From the NCBI GenBank assembly GCA_026397595.1, contig JAPLUO010000214.1, positions 1-63,326 of the forward strand: DNA of 63,326 bases, given 5' to 3'. Positions 54,280 through 62,850 of the stretch are shown here, one piece after another. Each line of letters begins with the position of its first letter. Within the stretch, counting starts at the first letter, position 1. Below the pieces are notes generated by a model, which did no database searches, had not been told where the DNA came from, and saw only the letters and a list, made by a program, of their open reading frames with translations. Made by a program: the position numbers and the translations under genes. The DNA is from a candidate division WOR-3 bacterium. Lineage in GTDB: Bacteria; Hydrothermota; Tepidihabitantia; Tepidihabitantales; Tepidihabitantaceae.

Positions 54280-57200
54280 GTTCGAAGCGCGCTCACCGCC
54301 TCATAAATCTGGTCGTCGGTGAACCCCTTCAGATTCACCGCGCCGCACCGGCACGACGCCGCGCACACGCCGCACCCCTTACACAGCGCCTCGTTCACCT
54401 GCGCCACGGTCACGGTCTGCCCATCGCCCCGCTTCATCTCCTTCAGTTCCAAGGCCGCGTACGCGCAGGTCGCCACGCAGACTCCGCAGCCGGTGCACCG
54501 GTCCGGGTCAACCCACGAGACCGTGCCTTCGACCGCGACCTGCTTCTTGCACAGCACGCCCAGAGCCCGGGCTGCGGCTGCACGTGCCTGAATGATGGAT
54601 TCATCAATATCCTTGGGTGCATGGGCCAGACCGGCCATGAACACGCCATCAGTAGCGAAATCCACCGGCCGCAGCTTCATGTGCGCCTCGAGGAAGAATC
54701 CGTCCCGATTCAGCGGGACCTTCAGCATCTTGGCCAGTGCCTGGTTGCCGGCCGGGGGCGTGATGGCGCTGGCGAGCACCAGCAGGTCGGCGTCAATCAC
54801 AATCTCCTTGCCGAGCAGCCGGTCCCCGAACCGGACTCTGACCCGGCTGGTCACGTCACCCGGCTTCACCGGCTCGACCTTCGGCTTGCTGTCGAGCTCG
54901 TACCGTTCGAATATCACGCCCAGTTCCCGCGCCTCGGTGTAGTACTTCTCGGCCAGGCCGTAGGTCCGCAGGTCCCGGTACAGCACGTAGACCTCGGTAT
55001 TCGGGTGCTTGCGCTTTATCAGCGCCGCGTTCTTCACGGCCTCGGCGCAGCAGACCCGGCTGCAGTAGTCACGGTCCGGCTCGCGTGAGCCCACGCACTG
55101 AATCATCACCACGGTCTTGAGCCGCAGCAGCGCGTCCATCCGCCGCTCGAGTTCGAACTGAGTAACCACGCGCTGGTTCTTGCCGTACAGGTACTCGGCC
55201 GGCACCGCTTCCTTTGCCCCGGTCGCGACAATCACCACGCCATGCTCGACCTTTATCGGGGACGTGCCGTTTGGGGTTTGGGATTGGGGATTTGGGATTT
55301 CCACGGAAGTGGTGTACTTTCCGACGTACCCCTCGATGCTCTTCACGTCGGCGCCGGTATAGACCGTGATGAGCTTGTGACCCTTCACCCGCTCGACCAC
55401 CGAACGCAGTAACTCCTGCGGGGCCGCGCCGCTCAGCGTGTGGCGGATTCCCTTCAGGTTTCCGCCCAGCTCGTTCTCCCGCTCCAGTAGCACCGCTTCA
55501 TACCCGGCGTCGGCAATCGCCAGGGCCGCGGTCATCCCGGAAAGCCCGCCACCGATGACGAGCGCCCGCGGGTTGATGTCAATCAGCAGCTCCTCGAGCG
55601 GCCCCAGGTTCCGCGCCCGGGCAATTCCCATCTGTACCGTGTCCTTCACCTTTTCGGTCGCCGCTGCCGGCTCGTTCATGTGCGCCCAGGAACACTGGTC
55701 CCGGATGTTGGCCATCTCGAACAGGTACTGATTCAGCCCGGCCTCGCGCAGGGTTTCGCGGAACAGCGGCTCGTGCGTGCGCGGGGTACAGGCCGCAACC
55801 AGCACCCGGTTCAGGTCAAGCTCCCTGACCTTCTCCTTGATGGTCTCCAGCGAGTCCTGCGAGCACGCGTACATCACGTCCTGCGCGTGCTCGACGTTGG
55901 GCAGGGTCTTCGCGAACTCGACGACCGCGTTCACGTCAACCACGCCCGCGATGTTGGTCCCGCAGTGGCAGACGAACGCGCCGATTCTCGGCCGCTCGCC
56001 GACCACCACCTTTTCCTTCGGGAATTCCTTGGTCGAGGCCCGCTCGCGCCGCTCCAGGCCCAGGTACGGGGCGCAGCCTGCCGCCGCGGCCGAGGCCGAC
56101 ATCACCGACTCAGGGATGTCTTTGGGCCCGCCGGCTGCCCCGCACACGAACACGCCGGCCCGGCTGGTCGCGAGCGGCTCGAATGGCAGGGTCTTACAGA
56201 ACCCGTACTCATCAAGCTTGATGTCAACCTGGTCGGTGAGCCGGGCCAGCCGGCGCCGTGCCTCCAGCCCGACCGAGAGCACGACCAGGTCAAAGTCCTC
56301 GCTCTCGCGCTGGCCGTACTCCGGCATGAAATGCAACTTCAGGCTGCCGCCGTCAACCGGTTCGACCCGGCCGACCCGGGCTCGGGCGAACTTCACGCCG
56401 AAGTGCGACTCGGCCCGCTCGCAATACCGGTCGAAATCCTTGCCGAACGCGCGCAGATCCATGTAGAAAATCGTCGGCTCAATGCCTTTCCCGTGTTCCC
56501 TGGCAATGACCGCTTCCTTGACCGCGTACATGCAGCAGACCGAACTGCAATAGGCGTTCTTTTCAAGGTCTCGGGAACCCACACACTGGATGAACGCTAT
56601 CTTCTTCGGCTCCCTGCCGTCCGACGGCCGCACCACGTGCCCGCGCTGGGGCCCGCTGGCCGACAGCATCCGCTCGAACTCGATGGCCGACACCACGTTC
56701 GGGTATTCGCGGTAACCGTACTGGCCATAGCCAACCGGATTGTACGGGTCAATCCCGCTCGCGATGACCACTGCCCCGCAGTTCAGGCTGACAATCCGGT
56801 CCGCATCCTCGAAGTTGATGGCGTCGGCCGCGCAGGCCTTCTCGCACAGCCGGCACGCGCCCTTGGTCAGATAGAGACAATGGGCCGCGTCAATCAGATA
56901 GTTGGAAGGAATGCTCTGGGCGAAGTGCCGGTATATCGCCTTGCGCGACCGCAGTTCCACGTCGAACTCGTCCGGCACCTTGACCGGGCACTTCTCCGCG
57001 CACAACCCGCAGGCAACGCACTTCTCCGCGTCAACGTATCGGGCACGTTCCCGGATTGTGCACTGGAAGTTCCCGGGCGTGCCGGACACCGAAACTAGTG
57101 ACGAGTGCGTGTGCAGCGTGATGTTCGGATGACGGGCGCACTCGCTCATCTTCGGAGAGAGGATGCAGATTGAACAATCGTTGGTGGGGAATGTCTTGTC

Positions 57201-57347
57201 CAGTTGCGCCATCCTGCCACCGATTGACGGCGTCTCCTCAAGCAGATGAACGTCCGCGCCCAACTCGGCCAAGTCCAGCGCCGCTTGGATTCCTGCAATG
57301 CCGGCGCCGACCACAAGAGCTGACCTGCTTGATGAAGGTCGCTGCAT
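54276..57347 (-). CDS. hdrA: tandem-HdrA heterodisulfide reductase subunit A-like flavoprotein (two HdrA modules)
   Basis: Module 1: VVGAGIAGIQ, TFPTNDCSICI, QCVGSRD...YCSSVCC. Module 2: GAFVCHCG, ACTPRTHE, QCVGSRE...CSRVCC, terminal CTGCGVCVATC / CKGCGVCAASC. Confidence 0.9.
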   Translation of the reverse strand: MQRPSSSRSALVVGAGIAGIQAALDLAELGADVHLLEETPSIGGRMAQLDKTFPTNDCSICILSPKMSECARHPNITLHTHSSLVSVSGTPGNFQCTIRERARYVDAEKCVACGLCAEKCPVKVPDEFDVELRSRKAIYRHFAQSIPSNYLIDAAHCLYLTKGACRLCEKACAADAINFEDADRIVSLNCGAVVIASGIDPYNPVGYGQYGYREYPNVVSAIEFERMLSASGPQRGHVVRPSDGREPKKIAFIQCVGSRDLEKNAYCSSVCCMYAVKEAVIAREHGKGIEPTIFYMDLRAFGKDFDRYCERAESHFGVKFARARVGRVEPVDGGSLKLHFMPEYGQRESEDFDLVVLSVGLEARRRLARLTDQVDIKLDEYGFCKTLPFEPLATSRAGVFVCGAAGGPKDIPESVMSASAAAAGCAPYLGLERRERASTKEFPKEKVVVGERPRIGAFVCHCGTNIAGVVDVNAVVEFAKTLPNVEHAQDVMYACSQDSLETIKEKVRELDLNRVLVAACTPRTHEPLFRETLREAGLNQYLFEMANIRDQCSWAHMNEPAAATEKVKDTVQMGIARARNLGPLEELLIDINPRALVIGGGLSGMTAALAIADAGYEAVLLERENELGGNLKGIRHTLSGAAPQELLRSVVERVKGHKLITVYTGADVKSIEGYVGKYTTSVEIPNPQSQTPNGTSPIKVEHGVVIVATGAKEAVPAEYLYGKNQRVVTQFELERRMDALLRLKTVVMIQCVGSREPDRDYCSRVCCAEAVKNAALIKRKHPNTEVYVLYRDLRTYGLAEKYYTEARELGVIFERYELDSKPKVEPVKPGDVTSRVRVRFGDRLLGKEIVIDADLLVLASAITPPAGNQALAKMLKVPLNRDGFFLEAHMKLRPVDFATDGVFMAGLAHAPKDIDESIIQARAAAARALGVLCKKQVAVEGTVSWVDPDRCTGCGVCVATCAYAALELKEMKRGDGQTVTVAQVNEALCKGCGVCAASCRCGAVNLKGFTDDQIYEAVSALRT

Positions 57348-57353
57348 GACACC

Positions 57354-57382
57354 AGATTAGCAACCCCTCAACCGCATGTCAA
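57354..57382 (-). promoter_or_regulatory. sigma70-like promoter abutting the hdrA start codon (a leaderless transcript is plausible)
   Basis: On the minus strand: TTGACA (57382-57377), 17-nt spacer, TAATCT (57359-57354), then 6 nt to the ATG at 57347. No Shine-Dalgarno sequence is visible. Confidence 0.45.
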
Positions 57383-57399
57383 GCTTGGCAGCTAGCGAA

Positions 57400-57520
57400 C
57401 CATGTATGTTGTAACTGAGAACAATCAGGATAGTTGTAGTCTCAACTGATACATAACAACACTATAGTAACTAACATCTGTTGAGTACACCTCTTATGAT
57501 TTCGATGTGAATCTACTAGA
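57400..57520. promoter_or_regulatory. AT-rich island upstream of the hdr/flx/mvh operon
   Basis: The only conspicuously AT-rich stretch in the window (…tgtatgttgtaactgagaacaatcaggatagttgtagtctcaactgatacataacaacactatagtaactaac…), with partial inverted repeats around ctcaactga / tgtaactgag. Confidence 0.4.
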
Positions 57521-57570
57521 GGCGGGGTTGCCACAGGAAGTGGCGATTTGCGAGTGGCGGGAGGGGCGAG

Positions 57571-59028
57571 CTATTGATGGAAAACGGAGAGGAGAGCGGC
57601 GGCGATGATGGGGATTTCGTCGCGGCGGATGGTGCGGAAGTCGAGGACGTATTCGCCGCGCTCTACCCGGCCGAACACCGGCGGGCGATGCAGGCGCATC
57701 CGGCGGGCGAGTTCGTCAACGTGCATCGTTTTGGGCCGTATTGCGACCACGCGCGATTCGAGGCTCTCGGTCGCAAGCGACCCGCCGCCGATTTCCGATA
57801 GCGCGGGCTTGACGGTGAACCCTGCTCTGTCCTGCAGGTCGGCCTGCACCCGCCGCACAAGGTTTCTTGCCTCGCGCTGCATCTGGACCGGGGTCTTGAG
57901 CAGCAACTGGAACAGCGCGTGCTCTTTCACCAGCCGCTCTTCGTCAAGGAAGAGTTCGAGCGTCCGTTCGAGCACCGCATAGGTGAGTTTGCCGCAGCGT
58001 AGCGCGCGGGTGAGCGGGTGTTTCTTCAGGAGGTCGATGTGTTTCTTTTTGCCGACAATGATTCCCGCCTGCGACGCGGCAATCAGCTTGTCCCCGGAGA
58101 AGCAGATGACGTCCGCACCCGCCTTGACCGAGTCCTGCACCAAAGGTTCTTTGGGCAGGCCGTACTTCGAAAGGTCAACGAGCGCCCCTGACCCGAGGTC
58201 GTCAACCACGAGGACCTTGGACTCCCGCGCCAGCGCGACCAACTCATCGAGGCTCACTTCCTTGGTGAACCCGGTAATCTTGTAGTTGGAGGTGTGGACC
58301 CGAAGCAGCAAGGCGGTCTCGGGCGTTAGCGCATTCTTGTAGTCCCGCAGGTGGGTCCGGTTCGTGGTGCCGACCTCGACCATCTTGCAGCCGCTCTGCT
58401 GCATCACATCTGGGATGCGGAACGCGCCGCCGATTTCGATAAGCTGGCCGCGCGAAACAATGACCTCTTTGCCCCTGGCCATCGACGAAAGGATGAGCAT
58501 CGTGGCCGCGCAGTTGTTGTTGACGACCATCGCCGCCTCGGCACCGGTCAGTTCGCACAGCAGCGGCTCGATGTGCCGATAACGGCTGCCCCGCCGTCCG
58601 GTCTCAAGGTCTATTTCAAGGCTCGAGAAATGCTCGCTCACGTCAGCCAGGGCTTCTTGCGCGGCCTTGGCCAGGGGCGCGCGCCCGAGCCCGGTGTGCA
58701 GGATCACACCCAGCCCGTTGATCGCCCGCGTCAGCGTCGGCTTGCGCTCGCGTTCCAGCCGCCGCACCAGTTCATCCTGCGCGAATGCCGCGCTCTCGCC
58801 CGCCTGTATCTTCTGACGCAGTTCGTCGAGGTAAACCCGGATTGCCCGTACTGCCATCCGGCGATGCAGGTGCTCAAGCACCGGCTTCAACTCCTCGCTC
58901 TCGAGCAGCTTGTCCACCGACGGTAGCGCACGGAATCCGGAATCCGCACTCTGACTTCTAGCCTCTAGCTTCTGACTTCTGACTTCGCCCGACCCCTGAC
59001 CCCTGATCCCTGACCCCTTTCCCTTCAC
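57571..59028 (-). CDS. selA: L-seryl-tRNA(Sec) selenium transferase
   Basis: LPSVDKLL..., ...INGLGVILHTGLGRAPL..., ...NNCAATMLIL..., ...FSGDKL.... The GTG start overlaps the mcsB stop (GTGA). The first ~30 aa are word DNA. Confidence 0.9.
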   Translation of the reverse strand: MKGKGSGIRGQGSGEVRSQKLEARSQSADSGFRALPSVDKLLESEELKPVLEHLHRRMAVRAIRVYLDELRQKIQAGESAAFAQDELVRRLERERKPTLTRAINGLGVILHTGLGRAPLAKAAQEALADVSEHFSSLEIDLETGRRGSRYRHIEPLLCELTGAEAAMVVNNNCAATMLILSSMARGKEVIVSRGQLIEIGGAFRIPDVMQQSGCKMVEVGTTNRTHLRDYKNALTPETALLLRVHTSNYKITGFTKEVSLDELVALARESKVLVVDDLGSGALVDLSKYGLPKEPLVQDSVKAGADVICFSGDKLIAASQAGIIVGKKKHIDLLKKHPLTRALRCGKLTYAVLERTLELFLDEERLVKEHALFQLLLKTPVQMQREARNLVRRVQADLQDRAGFTVKPALSEIGGGSLATESLESRVVAIRPKTMHVDELARRMRLHRPPVFGRVERGEYVLDFRTIRRDEIPIIAAALLSVFHQ

Positions 59029-60071
59029 GGATGCACCAGCGTCTCTCTGACAAATGTCGCCCGGCGCTCGTCGCGCTCTGCCGCAGTCAGGCTTTCGCCC
59101 AACATAACCTGCAGGTTCGCCGGCCGGACCAGGATAAGCAACCGCGTCACCTCGGCGAGACTGATTTCGTTCACGATGCCGAGCGCGACCCCGAGCCTGA
59201 GGCTCGCAATCAGGTTTATTGCCTCGTCCGACGAAAGGACGCGCGCGCTCCGCAGCAGCCCGAGCGACCGAAAGACCTTGTCCTCAACCTCGACCCGCAG
59301 CTTGTTCATCAGGTACTCGCGCGCCTTGCGTTCGTATTGAATCACTTGCCGGCTGATGTCGGCAATCGTCTCGATGATTTCCCATTCGGTCTGGCCCACG
59401 GTCTTCTGGTTGGAAATCTGGAAGAAGTTGCCCTTGGTCTCGCTGCCCTCGCCGTACAAGCCACGCACCGCGAGCCCGATGTGCAGGGCCCCGCGCAGCA
59501 CCTTCTCAATCTCGCGGGTGATGACCAGCGCGGGCAGGTGCACGAGCACCGAGGCCCGCATGCCGGTGCCGAGGTTGGTCGGGCACGCGGTCAGGAAACC
59601 GAACTCGGTTGAGAACGCGTACTGCAACTGCGTCTCCAGCTTCTCGTCGAGCGCCGCTGCGGCGGTGAATGCCTCAGGGAAGTCGAGGCCGGAAGCCATC
59701 ACCTGGAACCGGAGGTGATCCTCTTCGTTGACCATCAGGCTAACGGTCTCATCCTTGCTGACGTACAGCCCGCGCCTCGCCTTGGAGGCGACAAAGTCCG
59801 GTGACGCCAGATGCCTCTCTACCAGGTACTGGCCGTGCGGTTCGGAGAGCTGCTCGTTGTCGAGAAACTGACCCTGGGTCAGGTAGCCGGCGTCGGAGAG
59901 CGCCCAGCGTACGCCTTCAACGGTACGCTCGTGGTCGCTCGGCCTTGCCCGGTGCGGGAACGGCACGTCCGACAGGTTCCGTGCGAGGCGCACGCGCGTC
60001 GAAACAACGACGTCGGCTTCCGGACCGGTAGCCGAGAGCCACTTGCCGACGACGTTGCTTGCGAGTTTCAT
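59025..60071 (-). CDS. mcsB: protein arginine kinase (ATP:guanido phosphotransferase)
   Basis: ...STRVRLARNL...PFP..., ...VNEEDHLR..., ...LTACPTNLGTGMRASV.... Confidence 0.9.
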   Translation of the reverse strand: MKLASNVVGKWLSATGPEADVVVSTRVRLARNLSDVPFPHRARPSDHERTVEGVRWALSDAGYLTQGQFLDNEQLSEPHGQYLVERHLASPDFVASKARRGLYVSKDETVSLMVNEEDHLRFQVMASGLDFPEAFTAAAALDEKLETQLQYAFSTEFGFLTACPTNLGTGMRASVLVHLPALVITREIEKVLRGALHIGLAVRGLYGEGSETKGNFFQISNQKTVGQTEWEIIETIADISRQVIQYERKAREYLMNKLRVEVEDKVFRSLGLLRSARVLSSDEAINLIASLRLGVALGIVNEISLAEVTRLLILVRPANLQVMLGESLTAAERDERRATFVRETLVHP

Positions 60072-60177
60072 GTCCGGAGTAGTGACCTAGTGGTCAAGTG
60101 ACCCAGTGCCCCAGTGAAGGAGATGCAGGCAGTGTCTGCGCGCCCGGCCACTTGGACACTAGACCACTGGACCACTT

Positions 60178-60666
60178 TCATTCGGTCTCTGCTTTCCGTA
60201 ACTGATCGCGCAGGGCCGCGGCCTTTTCGTAGTCCTCTGCCTGAATCGCGCTGGACAGGGCCTCGCGGATCTTCTGGACGTTCATCTTCACCTGTGCCTG
60301 CTTCCGGCCGCCGCTCGCGGTCCGGCCGACGTGCCGCACCGCGCCGTGAATCCGGCGCACCAGCGGCACCAGCTCGTCGTGGAACGAAACGTAGCACTCG
60401 CCGCAACCCAGCCGCCCCTGTCGCTTGAACTCGGCGTACGACATGCCGCACTTCCCGCAGACCAGCTTGGTGTCGCCTTCGTCAACGCGGTTCTTCAGCT
60501 CGGCAATGATCTCCGCGACCCCGGCCTTCAGCTTTTCGACTTCGGTGAACCCGCGCTGCCGCGCGCACGTGCCGCAGACCGAAATCTCCGTGACCTTGCC
60601 GTCCTTGTCGAGCTGGCTGACCTTCATGGTCGCCTCGCCCTTGCCGCACAGGTCACAGAGTTTCAT
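60178..60666 (-). CDS. mcsA: McsA-like protein (zinc-finger pairs plus a UVR motif)
   Basis: CDLCG...CGTC, CGKCG...GCGECY, and the C-terminal UVR motif ...AIQAEDYEKAAALRDQL.... Confidence 0.8.
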   Translation of the reverse strand: MKLCDLCGKGEATMKVSQLDKDGKVTEISVCGTCARQRGFTEVEKLKAGVAEIIAELKNRVDEGDTKLVCGKCGMSYAEFKRQGRLGCGECYVSFHDELVPLVRRIHGAVRHVGRTASGGRKQAQVKMNVQKIREALSSAIQAEDYEKAAALRDQLRKAETE

Positions 60667-60672
60667 AGGAAA

Positions 60673-60804
60673 GGATTCAAGGGGTCAAGGATTCCAGCAT
60701 TCAAGGGATCGGGCAAACGAGGGATCAGAGAATTGAGGGGTCGAGGATTTCGGGATTCGAGGGTCAGGACACTTGACCCCTCGATTCCTTGACTCCTTGA
60801 ATCC
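60673..60804. mobile_element. 132-bp MITE-like intergenic element with ~23-bp terminal inverted repeats
   Basis: ggattcaaggggtcaaggattcc (60673-60695) is complementary to cgattccttgactccttgaatcc (60782-60804) at about 20 of 23 positions. The interior consists of related gggat/gaggg words. The element fills the mcsA-lolD gap. Confidence 0.5.
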
Positions 60805-60812
60805 TCTCCTGC

Positions 60813-61586
60813 TCACTTCTCCTCGGCAAGCTTACCGTCGGCAAGCTGCAGCCGGCGCGTCGCCCGGTCCGCCACTGCTCGATTGTGGGTCACTACCAGA
60901 ATCGTCATCTTCCTTTCACTGCTAAGTCGCACCATCAGGTCAACCAGCGCCGCTGCCGAAGTCACATCGAGGTTGCCCGTCGGCTCATCCGCCAGAATCA
61001 CCGCCGGGTTGTTTACCAGCGCGCGCCCCATTGCCGCGCGCGCCTGCTCGCCGCCCGAAAGCTCAGCCGGCCGGTGAGTGAGCCGGGACACGAACCCAAT
61101 CTCCTCAAGCACCTGGTGCGCCCGGGCTGTGGCCTCGGGCCGCGCCACACCCGCGACCAGCAGCGGCATCGCTACATTCTCCAGAACTGTGAACTCAGAC
61201 AGGAGGTGATGAAACTGGAAAACGAAGCCCACTTTCCGGTTTCTCAGCTCGTGGAGCTGCGATTCAGAGTAGCTGAAAACGTCCAGCGAATCAAGAAACA
61301 CGCGGCCCCGGGTCGGCCGGTCGAGTGCGCCGAGCACGTGGAGTAGCGTCGACTTTCCAGTACCGGACGGCCCGAGAATCGCCAGCAGTTCGCCCCGCTG
61401 CACCTCCAGGTCCACACCCCGCAGGATTTCCAGCCGCTCGGGCCCGGTCTCGAAGACACGCCAGACGTCCTGCGCCTGTAGGACAGGCGAGTGGTCAAGT
61501 GGTCTAGTGGTCAAGTAGTCTAGTGCGGATTGTCCGGCCGGACACTGGTGCACTGAACCACTGGACCACTTCTTCTCTTTACTCAT
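60813..61586 (-). CDS. lolD: lipoprotein-releasing / MacB-type ABC transporter ATP-binding protein
   Basis: GPSGTGKST, LSGGEQARAAMGRAL, ILADEPTGNLD. The first ~33 aa are encoded by ccactggaccac-type word DNA. The ATG overlaps the lolC/E stop by 8 nt. Confidence 0.85.
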   Translation of the reverse strand: MSKEKKWSSGSVHQCPAGQSALDYLTTRPLDHSPVLQAQDVWRVFETGPERLEILRGVDLEVQRGELLAILGPSGTGKSTLLHVLGALDRPTRGRVFLDSLDVFSYSESQLHELRNRKVGFVFQFHHLLSEFTVLENVAMPLLVAGVARPEATARAHQVLEEIGFVSRLTHRPAELSGGEQARAAMGRALVNNPAVILADEPTGNLDVTSAAALVDLMVRLSSERKMTILVVTHNRAVADRATRRLQLADGKLAEEK

Positions 61587-62799
61587 ACCGGATCGCTTCC
61601 AGCGGCACCAGCCGCGCCGCCTTCAGTGCCGGGTAGACCGTGGCCGCAAACGTGATGACGATGGCGGCGACGCAGACTAATACGAAGTCCTGCGGCAGCA
61701 TCTGTACCGGCAGGTTCTTGATGAAATAGACGTCGCCGGGCAGCGAGACGAAACGGTACTTGTTCAGCAGCCAGCACGCCACGAGGCCGAAGCCAGCCCC
61801 CGCGAACGTGCCGATGATGCCGATGAACCCGCCGGCCAGCACGAAGATGCGCGTCACCGTCGATGACTTCGCGCCCATCGCCTTCAGGATGCCGATTTCG
61901 CGAGTCTTGCGGATGACCATCATCGTCAGCATGCCGATGATGTTGAACGCGGCAACGAGCACAATCAGTACCAGCACGATGAACGTCACGGCCTTTTCCA
62001 GCCGCAGCGCGGTGAAGAGATTGCGGTTCTGCATTATCCAGTCCGTTGCCCGGTAGGGATAGCCGAGTTGCCGCGTGATGCGCCGCGAGATGCGGTCCGA
62101 CGCATAGACGTCCTTCACCCGAACCTCGAAGCCGGTAATCATATCCTCCATGCCGAGAAACTGCTGGATAGCGGCAAGCGAGAGGTAGATGAAGCTCGAA
62201 TTGTACTCGTACATGCCGGAGTCGAAGATGCCGTTCACGCGGAAGTAGCGGGTACGGGGCATGAACCCGAGCGGCGTGCTGGTCCCGCCGAACGGCGAGG
62301 CGAGGTTCAGCCGATCACCGACCGAAAGGCCGAGCATTCGCGCCAGTTCCACGCCGATGACCACGCCGCTCGAATCGAAGGCAAACTTCCCCTGGACGAT
62401 GGTGCCCGAGATACCGGTGACCTCGCGCTCGTGCTGCGGGTCAACGCCCCGAATCACCACGCCTTCGACCCCGTTATCGGTCCGCACCAGCGTCTTGGCG
62501 TAGACGAACGGCGCGACCGACACGACGCCCGCAACCCGGGCAATCTGCCGGCGGAGCGAGTCGCCGGTCTCCGCGTACGGGATCGGCGCGTACGAGTACT
62601 TGGCCACGACGATATGGGGAGTCGCGCCGAGAATCCGGTCCCTCAGTTCCTGGTGGAACCCGTTCTCGACTGAGAGCACGATGAGGATTGCCGCAACGCC
62701 GACAAACACACCGCCCATGGCAATCGCGGTGATGCCGGATATGGCGCGCCTGCCCCGTCCGCGCAGGTACCGCCCCGCCATGAAAAGCTCAAAGCGCAT
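61579..62799 (-). CDS. lipoprotein-releasing system permease (LolC/LolE family, FtsX/MacB-type)
   Basis: FELFMAGRYLRGR..., a periplasmic MacB-PCD-like middle region, and a C-terminal FtsX domain. Confidence 0.85.
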   Translation of the reverse strand: MRFELFMAGRYLRGRGRRAISGITAIAMGGVFVGVAAILIVLSVENGFHQELRDRILGATPHIVVAKYSYAPIPYAETGDSLRRQIARVAGVVSVAPFVYAKTLVRTDNGVEGVVIRGVDPQHEREVTGISGTIVQGKFAFDSSGVVIGVELARMLGLSVGDRLNLASPFGGTSTPLGFMPRTRYFRVNGIFDSGMYEYNSSFIYLSLAAIQQFLGMEDMITGFEVRVKDVYASDRISRRITRQLGYPYRATDWIMQNRNLFTALRLEKAVTFIVLVLIVLVAAFNIIGMLTMMVIRKTREIGILKAMGAKSSTVTRIFVLAGGFIGIIGTFAGAGFGLVACWLLNKYRFVSLPGDVYFIKNLPVQMLPQDFVLVCVAAIVITFAATVYPALKAARLVPLEAIRYE

Positions 62800-62850
62800 A
62801 CGCTACCCCGGACAATTCAGAAGTCAGAATGCAGCTACCAGAATTCAGAA

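Noticed and set aside
41703-57347. Selenocysteine (in-frame TGA) in HdrA, MvhD or MvhA, as occurs in some methanogens and sulfate reducers
   Set aside because: All these ORFs are uninterrupted, and the known Sec positions are Cys here (for example QCVGSRD and DPCFACATH). No split ORF pairs were seen.
36071-57570. tRNA-Sec (selC) or other tRNAs in the larger intergenic gaps
   Set aside because: No acceptor/T-arm (GGTTCGA.TCC) pattern was found by eye, apart from the tRNA-Ser at 19834-19918. A proper tRNAscan is still advisable.
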